Part shown: piece by piece, positions 43,970 to 56,286 of the stretch
Position numbering within the stretch: the first letter of the stretch is position 1
How the letters are laid out: the number at the start of each line of letters is the position of its first letter
Assembly: GCA_001687465.1 (NCBI GenBank)
Contig: LVLI01000549.1
Location: 1 to 64,000 of the forward strand
Reading direction: 5' to 3'
Source of the DNA: Halocafeteria seosinensis
Lineage: Eukaryota
Length of the DNA: 64,000 nucleotides
The notes under the pieces: generated by a model
What the model was told of the DNA's origin: nothing
Databases searched by the model: none
What the model saw: only the letters and a program-made list of their open reading frames with translations
Position numbers and translations under genes: made by a program

Positions 43970-45085
43970 TTATGCAAACGCAAATTTGGCTTTGTGATTG
44001 TATTGCGAAAGACATTCACGGACACCAGAATGAGCTCCCATTTGTTGATTATCCTTTGTTTCTTGAAGATCTGCTGTATATGCAGTGTGGTCGTCAATGA
44101 GTGACAAAGTGATAGAACCTCCTTCGCCTTCTTGCTGGAGAAAACGATCCTCGGAGCGAATTGCGTGATTGAGCAATGCACGCCGCTTATCAGCGCTGCT
44201 GAAAACAGGGTTCGCCTCTTTGAGCTTTATCCCCACCAAGGATTTGAGTGGCTTAGGATGTCCTTCGTTTCGAAGTTCCTCCATTATATACCGAAGAAGC
44301 GTACAGTCGTCTTCCTGGACCTCGGTGGCTGTGAGCACCGAACTAGCCGCTGTCGGAGAAGAAGCACCCTCACGAGCTTCTCCTCGTGACACTGAAGGAC
44401 GAGGAAAGCAGTCACCGAGAACATCCGTCTCCCACCGTAGACAAGAATCCGCTTGCATGTGTAGTACCGACTGCATTCTACCGGGATGGACCAACACACT
44501 GCCACAGTTTGTATCTGTACGAAGCACGGAAAACATGTATGAATAGTCCTTGTCTCCTGTGACAAAGCAGATCCGAGCACCATCCGGGTGTTTTGCTGCG
44601 AATGCCATAGCATCTACCAGGATCATCTTATCCGCCACTTCTTTTCTGCGAAGATGGGGGGTATCAATAAGGTGGCACCCCGACAGCTGCATCTCGCTTC
44701 GTTTCTCTGGTGGAAGAGTGCCCTCTTCTACAGACAAATACGCCCGGAAAGACATGAGGTAGCCAAATGCTGAAAGCTTCGATTTCAATGCATTGGCAGC
44801 ATCTTTCCCCGAGATTGAAGTTGGAATTTGCACGTTCTCTACGTCCCAGAATATCGCCAGAGGTTGCTTGGCTCGCCTTCGTTGTTCCTCAAAAAACATC
44901 GAAGCAGTATGTACGATATCACGAGCGGCTAATCGAGGGATATCTTCGCACATGAGGTCCTCAACAATGTCTGCTGGTGGCCGCAGAAAAGTCTCGCGGC
45001 ACATATTCAGCTTCTTCAGCGTCTCCTTATGCCTGCACACAGGCAATATGTCTGTAGAATTAAGCCAATCATCGAAACTCTCCAT
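43970..45085 (-). CDS. NYN (LabA/MARF1-like PIN-fold) ribonuclease domain protein with possible OST-HTH/LOTUS-like tail; 5' exons unresolved
   Basis: AIFWDVENVQIP, KEVADKMILVD and FVTGDKDYS motifs. Confidence 0.85.
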   Translation of the reverse strand: MESFDDWLNSTDILPVCRHKETLKKLNMCRETFLRPPADIVEDLMCEDIPRLAARDIVHTASMFFEEQRRRAKQPLAIFWDVENVQIPTSISGKDAANALKSKLSAFGYLMSFRAYLSVEEGTLPPEKRSEMQLSGCHLIDTPHLRRKEVADKMILVDAMAFAAKHPDGARICFVTGDKDYSYMFSVLRTDTNCGSVLVHPGRMQSVLHMQADSCLRWETDVLGDCFPRPSVSRGEAREGASSPTAASSVLTATEVQEDDCTLLRYIMEELRNEGHPKPLKSLVGIKLKEANPVFSSADKRRALLNHAIRSEDRFLQQEGEGGSITLSLIDDHTAYTADLQETKDNQQMGAHSGVRECLSQYNHKAKFAFA

Positions 45086-45539
45086 CCTCTTTAAGTTTTC
45101 CTCGTATGCCTACAAGTAGTAAGATCTGTTGTGTCATCAATCCTTAGTACGCCATTCCTTGCTTACAACTTGCGACGTCTTGCGACGTATCTTCACAAAA
45201 CTGTGCGGGTCCGATGCAATGGGTCTGCCTAGAGTTCGATGATACCACAAACTTCATTGCTCGAATAATTCTAGTCGTGAAGCCTCCCGTCTCTCAGAAT
45301 TGCGGGCATGCACAAACTACAGCATACAGTAGGGATATCTTCCTCGTCTTCACGGGTGAAATAACGAGCATACTCATAGGTTTCTCTCACCAATTAAGCA
45401 CGAGTTTGACACCAAAGTTTCATGCTGCTTAAGTAGCTCCCGAGCACTTTATGGGTCTCGGAAATTGTGTTGCTCAATGAATTCATGAAAGCAACTTCAA
45501 CTTAGAGCGACCTCTTTCGCAACGCAGGCCTGGTACAAC

Positions 45540-47472
45540 ATGCCACAGGATAGGATAGTATCATCTCCTTCCGTTTCAAAAGCTCAAACCATTGTACAAT
45601 CGTATACGATGAGTTCTGCCGCCTCTGACAACGTAGATCAAACAATGGAGAGCAATAACCCTTTGGAACCTGCTGCTGGGAACTCCCAGGCCGAAGATAT
45701 AGACGAAGCTACAGCTACTGGCACAGACCAAGCCCAAATTTCATTCACTCCAGTGGGTACCAGTATACCTTGCTACTTTGATTTTGAATCTGCGGAGCCT
45801 TTTAATTTTGCACAAGCCACAAAGCCATTTGGATCCTCGCCATCGCCAGCCAGGACTTCATCGTCCACAGTGAATGTAAGCTAGTGAGCACTACTCTATG
45901 GGCCAAGTATGAGAGTGATATTGTTGCTATGTTTCCACGGCACCGGATACAGGATAACTTCCCTAAAGGAGCGTCATTTGCACCGACTGGTTTGCAGTAC
46001 TTGGTGAGCTCCGAAGACAATGCGCTTCGGATGTATCAGATTCCTTATCACTCGTTCGATCATTCCGTAAGTGTTACTACCAGCAGACTTGTGTTAGTTT
46101 CTGGATGAAGTGAAACTACGTATAAATACGCTTCTTGTTTGGACAGTATCGGCCGGAGCAGCCGGAAGAGCAAGAGCCCATCTGGACCGTGTTCGAAGGA
46201 GAAACAGTGCATAACTTTCATTGGTATCCTTGTGCTGATCCTGCTCAGCCTGAATCTCTATTGTTCGCGACTGCAATACGCGACCACCCCTTACACTTAT
46301 GGGGCGCAAAACAACAGAAGGTAAGGTCGATCCGTCTATGTGAAATACGAAGTCTTATTAAACTATAGAACCCCAATCACAGGTAATTGCACAATATCGT
46401 GGACACAACCAGTCGGATGAAGTGGCTTCTCCCATATTTTGCCGCTTTAACCAAGCAGGGGACCATCTATATGGATGTTACGATCGATCGGTATGATGCA
46501 TTGCTTTTTTCTGTGTCTTGTGTGGGGATCAGTGCACTGCTGTCGTTTGATGTGAGGCAGGTCAAAGTGTTTGACGTCAATCGACCAGGGCCACCCATAG
46601 ACGAACGGAAGACCACGCCGACGAGGAGGAGTAAAGAAGGACAAAAAGGCATCATATCTTGCATGGACTTTAATCCCGACATGTCTGGGTACGTTTGCTT
46701 GAGTTTAGTGTGGCTATGCTGCAATCATATCACATCATTCGACGGGCTACACGCAGAATTTATGCCTGTGGATCTTTTTCGGGAAGCGTCTTCTTGTATG
46801 GCGAAGACGATGGAGAAATTCTTTTAGGATTTGACACAGATCGAAAAGGTGTCACACAAGTACAGTTTTCACCTTGTGGCAATATTGTTTACGCTGGTAA
46901 GTGATGCCTTCAAGTTGTGACGCAATCATAGGAAACGTCGTTGTATATGGTTCCGCAGCTGCGAGAAGAAACAAGACCATTTATGGTTGGGATATACGTG
47001 GTAGACAGCAAGAGCTCCATTGCTTTGAGAGAGATGCATCAACTAACCAACGTATTGGTTTTGATATCGACGCCTCCGGCACATACTTGGGAACTGGGAG
47101 TCGGGTATGTAGCTGTTAAATTTGCTCACACTCATCGGACAAATCAAATGTTTGCTATTGCAGGATGGGAACGTGTATGTATACAACTTGAAAACGGGAC
47201 TATTACGGCATCAGGGTGTAGCAACATGTGAGTACTTCTTGAGTTTATGATGGACGAGCGTTAGTCATGGTGTTCATTTTCCAGCGTCGTATGATTGTGT
47301 CAATGGATTCAACTTTCACCCAAACGGTATTGTGTACCTGCTAACCTGCGGTGAACGGCGATTTTCTGCAAATGGAGGAGACAGCGATAAGTCTGATTCG
47401 GAAGAATCCGGTCAGGCCGTTCAGGCGATGCGGGGGACATTCTTGTATCGAACGGTCTACGTGTATCAATAA
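45540..47472 (+). CDS. WRAP53: WD40 protein TCAB1/WRAP53 (telomerase Cajal body protein), multi-exon
   Basis: NFPKGASFAPTG, EGETVHNFHWYP, RDHPLHLW, GQKGIISCM, YACGSFS, GVTQVQFSP, TNQRIGFDID and CVNGFNFHP. Confidence 0.88.
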
Positions 47473-47687
47473 ACGAGATGCTATCAATGTAAGACATTCT
47501 AAACGTGCGGACGTCCACACAAAACAACGCTAAGGATGCAGGAATGATAAAGAAGGGCCGATGCCGCATGGGAAAAATGGTAATGAAGCGGCGATGAGAT
47601 CTGTAAGTCTTGATGATGTATGTACATTCGAAAGTAATAGCCAAAGAGAGCGATAACGCAAATTTGGTCATATGGCGAGGAGTAAAC

Positions 47688-49677
47688 CTATGGATCGCGT
47701 AGTGGCTTCGAGCTGGAAGACTCGAAGCCCTCCTTGACGGGATAATCCCGAACATCTCCTTCATATCGCTCGCGATAGCTTTCCATCATCTGCAAGACCA
47801 GGAAAATACTTCGGGAAAGTGTTTTGTTTGCGAGTGTTTGTGTTGTTAGTACGTACCGCAGGGTACATTTTGCACCATGCCTTAAGCAGCTTGCGGAATT
47901 TATCGGGGTGAGTGTGCAACAAGCTACCAGGAGCCTTCGCCCAGCACACGTACACCGATTTTACGGCAGCTTCAACGACGGATATCACAAGAAGGGATAC
48001 GAACAGCCCGAGGCCGTAAGATCCAAATCCGCCGGCAAAGTACATAACCTTCTGATCATCACTAGGCATATCTCGAGATGCGGCATAAGCAAACAGGAGC
48101 CCAAAGGCACCGGAGAACAACGCGATGAATAAGCATGTCATGCGTAGAACACGATCTACCATGAAATCATTCAGAATGGTAGTGAATCCTCGATTCTGGA
48201 TGCCAGGGTACAAAACTGGTAGAGCGAAACACGCACTGCACCCTACTCTCAACAGTACATACCTTGAACAGTTTGAAGACTTCCTTCCCTGAGTCAATGA
48301 AGCTTTCTCCGTAAAGACCCACGTAGATGAATGCATATTCGGTAAAGTATTGTACTACTCTCTGCACTATCATTGTAAAAGGAAGGCCACTGCATGACCC
48401 GGGGCAATGTGATTAGGGAGAGGAAGAGAGACGTACCTCCAGCATGTAGGCGAAACAGCGCAGACAGAGTCCCAGAACACCATGGCCAGATCTCCGCTGA
48501 AGCTGCCGCCTTAGAGCCTTTACTATAGCGACAATTAAGGCTCCAAAGCAGATGCTTCCAAAGCTAGTGGTCAACGCGCGTTTAACACTGTTGCACGTCG
48601 GATCTTGGCGTTCTGCTTCGGTTTGCACCCACCAGGAGCCCACAGTTCCACTAACAGAAGCTACGATAATACCATGCAGAACAGTAAATCCCCATAGAAT
48701 GCAAATAGATACCAAGAATACAACGAATCCTTCATGTTCCTTCAGTTTGGCAAAAACTCCGATGACTGCAAAGATCGATAATATAATCCACACAAGGTCG
48801 ACCATAGCTGTCGAAAACGCGACCAGCTGTGTGGCTGGATAGTCTTTGATCGCTGCGCCGGCAGCAGCAAGATTCGCTCCTGCGAATTCTATTCGAGTCT
48901 TCAACAGGAATCTGAGAAGGACGAACAAAAGACCGATCGCGATACATACGCCCCCTATAATTTTTGTTGCAGTCACTGGAACGGCAGCGATTAAGGCAAT
49001 CCCACCAATAGTATAGATAGCACCACTTATGTAAAAAGAGGCAATGACAAGTCCTTCTCCGTATCGAGTAAGCAGTCTAACCCATCCTTGGGCCAAGAGA
49101 ATCGCAATGACAATGACCGCTACTGCAATTCCCACAAGTGATTTCAGCATCTTGGCCTCAGTCGAGGAAAGGTGAAAGTCGATATCATCTCCCTTCGTCT
49201 CCTTTTCAGCGTCATCTGCAGAAATTGGATGCATAGCTAGCATTGAAATTTGGAAAAAGGAAAACGCACTTTTTTGAAAGCAAAAACTTACTGACAGCGT
49301 GCACCGTTGCGGGGATTCCATACCCACATCCTGCCACTATCATGAGCACGCATACGATTCCAAAGATGACCGCACATGGTACATCCCTCCACTTGTTGCT
49401 TCGGCTATCGAGATCCATGTCCTCATTCATAGCATCCTGCACGCAAAAGAGGCACATGGTGCCTGAAACACCCCGTTGTTCAAGATGCAACAACCGTATA
49501 TACCTGCGGGGGTGCTACAGGGACAGCCGCTGCCCCTTGGTATTGAGCCCCTTGTCCATACACGCCGTAGTCTTGCTGCTTGTAGAACCCGGGTGTATCG
49601 TCCATTCCTCCTCCGTATTGGCCTGTGTAGCCAGAGCCGCCACCACCACCGATGTGCATATGGGCTTTGTCGCTCAT
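47688..49677 (-). CDS. choline transporter-like (CTL/SLC44/Pns1) membrane protein, multi-exon
   Basis: WRDVPCAVIF, RALTTSFGSICFGALIVAIV, YAFIYVGLYGESFIDSGK and many TM helices. Confidence 0.9.
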
Positions 49678-50430
49678 GGTGTCTCGCAGTGGGATGAAAC
49701 TTTGTCTCTTCTTGCAATACACACCGCACCACAGTGTCTTCAGACGACCAAAGAGAAGAAAAAGAGCAATCAATCCGGATGAACTTGGAAATAGTGTTTA
49801 TCCTACTTGCCTTGCCTGGAATACCCTAGGATGCATGCATGCGACTTCCACCGTCCGGGCACGTCTTCTGACTCACCGATCCCTTGCACCAGGGAATGTG
49901 AAAATGGACGACGACGGGAAGGGGAAGATTCTTCTATTGTAGGGGAGGGGATTAAGAACCTGGTCCCTTATATTTTGTTTGCTACATTTGATGAATGGAT
50001 GGCACTTCTATTGTACAACCAGTTTCGGAGCTTAAATTCCAGATAATGTGGGCGTAAAAGTGAGCCTCATCACGAGTGCGATATCAATGGAAACACATTG
50101 TTTGCCTGACATATCTGAAAAACAGACTTCAGTGTCCAGTAGCACTCGCTGGTTTAAGGTGCAACTTGGCACTCGTTGGTTGCGGTTAGAATTCCTGCCT
50201 GGGTGGAAGTCTATTTGGACTGACCCCTAGTTGCAAGAATGCATGGATATAAACATTAACTTCCTTAAATTAATTCGATTAATGCATGCACTCTACACGA
50301 ACTCCATACAATGCGTGCTCATTTGAACTTCCACCAGGAAGTTACTTAAGAAGGGATACATACCACCCAGTTAGTTGGTAGTTCGATGTATTGATAATGG
50401 TAGCTATCAGTAATTTTTCTATATAGTAAT

Positions 50431-53400
50431 ATGGCTCACACGTTAGATGCGCACCGTCTAGAGGTGCTGCAAAGTAGTCCTCGGCATGTCCGGAATATCT
50501 GTATATTGGCCCATGTAGACCATGGCAAGACCACTTTGTCGGATGGACTCATTAGTTCCAATGGCATTATATCGCCCAAACTGGCCGGGAAAATACGCTA
50601 CATGGACAATACGGAGGATGAACAGATACGTGGTATCACTATGAAAAGCAGTGCCATTAGTTTATTGCACTATGATCGTCGTTATAGGGAGCTGAAGCCC
50701 GAGCAACAGCAGCAGCACGCGGGGGAGGCCTCCGGAACTGTGGATAATAAGAAGGATTACGTGCCGTATTTGCTCAATTTGATTGATTCCCCGGGTCATG
50801 TAGACTTCTCTTCAGACGTATCGACGGCTGTGCGTATTTCAGATGGAGCCGTGGTGGTGGTAGACGTCATTGAAGGAGTCTGTATACAAACCCACGCTGT
50901 CTTGAGACAAGCATGGGAGGAAGGAATCAGGCCTTGTCTTGTGTTGAATAAGATGGACAGACTGCTGACGGAATTGCAGCTTACTCCCAGTGATGCCTAT
51001 GCTCATCTGTGCCGAATCATTGAACAGGTAAATGTCATTGTATCCTCGCTTTTCACGGCGGAACTCTTGGCCACGAGTCACAGCAGCAACAGCAGCAACA
51101 GCAGCAATCCCTCTACGAAGCAAACGGAAACCTCGACTAGCGATGCAAACAACGGTAGTACCTCAAGGAGTGGTGACGGTTCTTCCACAAAGGAGACGGA
51201 TGATGAACTTACTGCGAGGTTTGAGAGTTGGGCCGTCCCGTTGGATGCGAAAGAAGAGCAGTCGATATTCTTCTCTCCCTCTAAGGGAAATGTTGTATTC
51301 GCTAGCGCAATCGATGGGTGGGCATTCTCGACCGAGGATTTTGCTGCTCTGTTTGAGGGACGGTTGGATATGAAACGTAATATCCTTCGGAAAGCGTTTT
51401 GGGGGAACTATGCTATAGTGACCAAAAAGGATGGGCACACCAAGAAAGTTGTCTCGCTAGATGATGAAACGCAGTCCAAAGGAAAACCAGCCTTCGTGGA
51501 ATACATCCTCGAAACAATATGGAAGGTATGTTTGCTGAATTTCCCGAGGAACAGTGCTCCTCTGATAAAGTCGGTCTGTTTACTTCGCAGATGTACGACG
51601 TATCTGTTACGAATTTCAATGCGGACAAGATGGGAAAGATAGTAAAGAAATTGTCAATTGATGTACCTGCGCGAGATTTGAAACAAAAGGAAGGCCGCAG
51701 TCGTTTCCAGAGTATAATGCGTGCATGGCTTCCACTTGCAAAAGCTGTGTTGAATATGATAGTCCGAGTGGTTCCGTCCCCAAGAGAATCTCATTCATCA
51801 AAATTAAAGAAGCTGTTTCCTCCTCTCGATCGCATCCAGCTTCAGCATTCAATGGGACCCTCTGAATTCGAAACATTCTTCAATTCTATTGAAAGAGTGC
51901 GAAAAGCAGTAGAGACTTGCGATACTAGCGACGAGGCTCCATGTGTTCTCTACGTGTCAAAAATGGTTGCATTCCCGAGGAGTAATCTACCCTCTGATGA
52001 AGAGTCAGAAAGCCCCGAATTTGCTCCTCGAGAGTTGCTTCCTCCACGAAGCTCAGACTTGCTAGGAATGCCACTGCGTGAAGGAGTGGAATTATCTACC
52101 CGAGAAGAAGAGAATCTTCCTTCATGGTACAAGTCTTCTGACGTCGAAACGGTTGTATGCGATCCGTTGTTCCCCTCGGGTCTTATTGGTAGTACTCGCC
52201 GGGAAATTCAGGAAGAAGATACGGAGAATAGCGTTGAAAGAGGATATGATGCTTCTATGGAGGGTGCAGGCGAACATGATCAGAAGGAAACTTTTATAGC
52301 ATTTGCGAGGATATTTAGTGGATGTTTGAGGCCCAATGTGCCGCTGTATATTCTGGGCCCGAAGTATGATCCGGGTAACCCATTCCGAGATCATTCAGCT
52401 CACATTACCCAAACCACTGCTCCGATTCGGTTATACATGATGATGGGAAGAGATATGAATCCGCTTCGCAAGATAACTGCAGGTAATATAGTAGGCATAA
52501 AGGGTCTTGGGAATAACATTTTGAAAACTGCGACAGTATCGACAACCCCGCTATGCCCTAGCTTGGTGCCAATGACATTCCAATCAACGCCGCTTGTCCG
52601 TGTCGCAATTGAGCCTAAGCACGTTACGCATTTGTCATTTTTGCAGAAAGGGCTTCGGCTCCTAAATCAGGCTGACCCCTCTGTTGAAGTAACGACGACT
52701 GCTACAGGGGAAATGCAACTGGCTGCTATTGGAGAGCTCCATCTGGAACGCTGTGTGCGCGAACTTGAAAATCGGTTTGCTGGTGTCGAAGTGGTAGTTT
52801 CAGAACCGATCACAACGTTCAAAGAAACCATCACCAAGCAAGTATCGGATCATCTGTTGTGGCTGAGCCATCAACAGCAGAGTAAACGAAGCCACATTCG
52901 CCATAGAGGAGAAGGGGACTCTGATGAAGAGAAGGCTCACCACAATGCGGAAGAAGAATACCTTAAACCAGGATGCCATTTTTGCGTTAAAAATGGAGCG
53001 ATCTATGCGACAACAGCTGATGGAAAACTTACTATAGTCCTTCAAGCATTCCCAATGCCTAAGGCGTTGGCGGACTTTCTTAACTCCAGTACGAACATGA
53101 TCAAACAATTGTTTTATCGCCTAGAGAGTCACAGAAACGATACAGATTCAAGCAATAACAGAGACTCGGACACGGGAGGTTCAGAAAAGTCAACTGTAAG
53201 CCCTCAAACGAAACGTTTTCTGAGGGAGCTGTCCCATGTTTTAGAAAACGAGGACCCAGTATGGGGACTGCGCTTACGAGAGATGTGGGCATTCGGTCCT
53301 CGGGGCATCGGACCTAATGTACTTGCAGCGGGGTTTAATCAGGACTTTACTGCACGTCCATCTGCGAGTGCAAGCTCATCATGCTCGGGTTCTGCATCTA

Positions 53401-54328
53401 AAGAAGCGAGCGCTATCCCAAGGCTGCCATCGGAGGCCGAATCGCTTGCGGGGATGGAAGAAAAGGGCATGAAAACATTTTGGGAGGAAGTAGGCCTGAA
53501 CATTGAGGGAAATGTAACTTCAAGAACAGACAGAGAGGAGTTTAGTACGCTGGGTTCTGCCTCTCATAGGTATTTGGCGAATCTGCGGAGTTACTTTGAA
53601 CAAGGTTTTCAGCTAGCAACCTACGAGGGTCCAATGGCTGCTGAACCTACATGGGGCTTGAGTTTTGTGTTGAGGGACGTGATCTTCCACACTGGTTTTG
53701 AAGAGGCAGTTGCTGAAGGAGCAAAGTTGAATACACGAGTCATAACGCTAATGAAGAATGCGTGTCACAAGGCGTTTGAGGCAGGCTCTCAGCGAATAGT
53801 GGAGGCTATGTACAAATGTGAACTTCATTGCTCTGGGGGGCGATCTGGTGGCGGTGAGCAGTTAGGCAAGCTGTACAGTGTGTTACACAAACGACGAGGC
53901 AGGGTTATTTCTGAAGATATTTTAGAGGGAACTACTACATTTCAAGTCATAGCATATCTGCCTGTTGTTGAGAGTTTTGGGTTCGGAACTGATCTTCGCA
54001 AGCAAACGTCTGGTGCCGCCACGAGTCCGCAGCTGATGTTTAGCCATTGGGAGGTACGTCTGCGGGGAACAAAAGGGATTTTTGTTGATCACTTTCATTC
54101 GTTCTTTGCCTTTCTGTTTCTGGTTCACAGGTATTAGACGTAGATCCATATTTCCAACCGCAAACTGAGGAGGAGCAGGAAGAATACGGAAGTGAATTCC
54201 ACCAGGACCAATACGTGAACGTTGCCAAGGACCTGATTGAACGCGTGCGCCGACGTAAAGGCCTGGATACCGAAAGAAAGATTGTGATCCATGCCGAAAA
54301 GCAACGAACACTAGGAAAAAAGAAATAA
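50431..54328 (+). CDS. EFL1: elongation factor-like GTPase EFL1/Ria1 (60S maturation), three exons
   Basis: RNICILAHVDHGKTTLSD, RGITMKSSAISL, NLIDSPGHVDFSS, LRKQTSGAATSPQLMFSHWE and C-terminal HAEKQRTL. Confidence 0.95.
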
Positions 54329-54882
54329 TCAATAATTGAACGACAGGGCTGGATTGGAACTCATGTTTCAGGGCTCGGCGGTGATTTGTGCACGTCATCA
54401 GGAAGAACTCGAGTCAATAGACCTCATCGTAGTGCTTGACGTGCCTGACACGCGTTTTGGAAACTGTGCAATGTTGCTATGCGACAACATTGTTTTAATC
54501 AAAGACGAGTAGGTCTGTAGGTAGTTCTTAGTGGAGCTGTACCTTGCTTGTGTGAGACTGTATTGTGGGGCGGTGTCTCGTCCAATAATTCCACGACGTG
54601 GCCCATGAGCAGTCGAGGAGTTGCAAAGGCTGGGGTAAACTTACCATTGTCGTAACGCAACCAGCACAGTTTTAGTGGATCGTAGATCCATTTTCTCTGC
54701 TGTCTGCGAGTGAGAATTAATGAACTGTAAAACATTACGGGTACGGCTTTTCATTATTATCCCATTCCAATGCATTCAAAATGTATTGTCATATATTTTG
54801 CAAAACTTTTAATACTTTCTCGCTTGTTAATTGAAATAATTTTTTTGTTTTGTTTTTTGTTTTGTTTTGTTTTGCATGCATC

Positions 54883-56253
54883 ATGTCGTCGGAAGAGAAA
54901 CCTCGTGTGGAGGTGGCGGGGAGCATGGAAGAGGAGGTGGAGCAGCGTTTGGATCGCGATTCCACCGATGACGACGCCAAGAAGCGTCTAGAGGCGTATA
55001 AACGCCTCGTTGACAAACAGCAGCAATTGTCCCCCATGGCTCAGAGACTGTACATGCTCTCGGCCTTGTCGAAACAAGGTGAAATCATCCCTCAATGTGC
55101 TGCCAAGCGCTTAAAAAGTGCTCTGTTAAAGGACGACGATGCTCGGGTCAAGGAGGCGCTTAATACAGCCCAACACGATTATTCACATCTTCGGGAACGC
55201 ATTATGGAGACATTCCGTACGTGTGTGGTATTGCTGCGGTATGAACCAAATGCCATTGATTTACTGTGGCTTGCAGATGCCAAAGCCGAAGCTGAATTCC
55301 ACGAGTTATTCAAGGAGCATGATACAGATTTAGGCAAACACGTCTCGCGCGATGAGCGAAGGCGGATGGGCATTCTCGATAAAGACACGAACCTCGTCTA
55401 CGGAGAGGTGGAATTCAACGCGTTCGCGGATATCTTGTCCCAATTGACGGTTCCACCCAATTCCAAATTCATCGATCTGGGAAGTGGTTCTGGGAAAGCC
55501 GTGTACGCAGCAGCCATGCTTCAAGATTTTGCACACGTGGCTGGCATCGAGTGCCTGGAATCTTTGCATAATATAGCCGTACAACTGCTGCCAAGGTTTA
55601 CCAAGCTGCAAGAAGACAATGGCCTTGTCCTCGAGGAAGACACTCCAGAAATAGTATTCCATCATGGCTCCTTCTTGGATGACCGATTCGACTGGAGTGA
55701 CTACAATGTATGTTTTTCTTCATGTTGAGGGTATGTTCTAACATGATAAAAAGTGTTCATAACGTGGATCACGCAGGTTGTATTTGCCAATAGTACATGC
55801 TACGACGATAAACTGATGAATAGTATTGCGGAGAAGTGTTCGACATTATCGGATGGCGCTTATATCATAACGTTCACGAGGAACTTGGATGCACCTTATA
55901 TTAAAATATTATCTCGCCAAAGTTACTACCAAAGCTGGGGAGCGGCAACATGCTATATACATCAGAAGGTGAACTCGAGTGCAGCAGCACTTCATAACTC
56001 CTTTTCTTCTGCTGAGGGGGACCGCTCCGAGACGCATCACGATATGATGTCCTCCCCACAATCAACCGCTCTGTTGAAAGCTAAGCAGGCTAGAAGCCGT
56101 GGTATGCGAGAACACCATGTTGCTCAAAGGCTACAGCATGATGACCACGACGACGGTTCCGCGTCACCGCAAGGCGATGCGCTCCTCGCCCGGAAAATCT
56201 CGCAATTTCAAAAAAACAGAGAAGGCACACGTCTCCAACAGAAATTTTACTAG
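54883..56253 (+). CDS. DOT1-like SAM-dependent methyltransferase, multi-exon
   Basis: LVYGEV, FIDLGSGSGKAV, GIECLESL and VFANSTCY motifs. Confidence 0.8.
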
Positions 56254-56286
56254 AGCTTTTGTAGATCGTAAAGCTTGCTAGCTTGG

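Noticed and set aside
54340..54700. Possible small spliced minus-strand gene between EFL1 and the methyltransferase
   Set aside because: A donor and acceptor can be drawn, but the product has no recognisable features.
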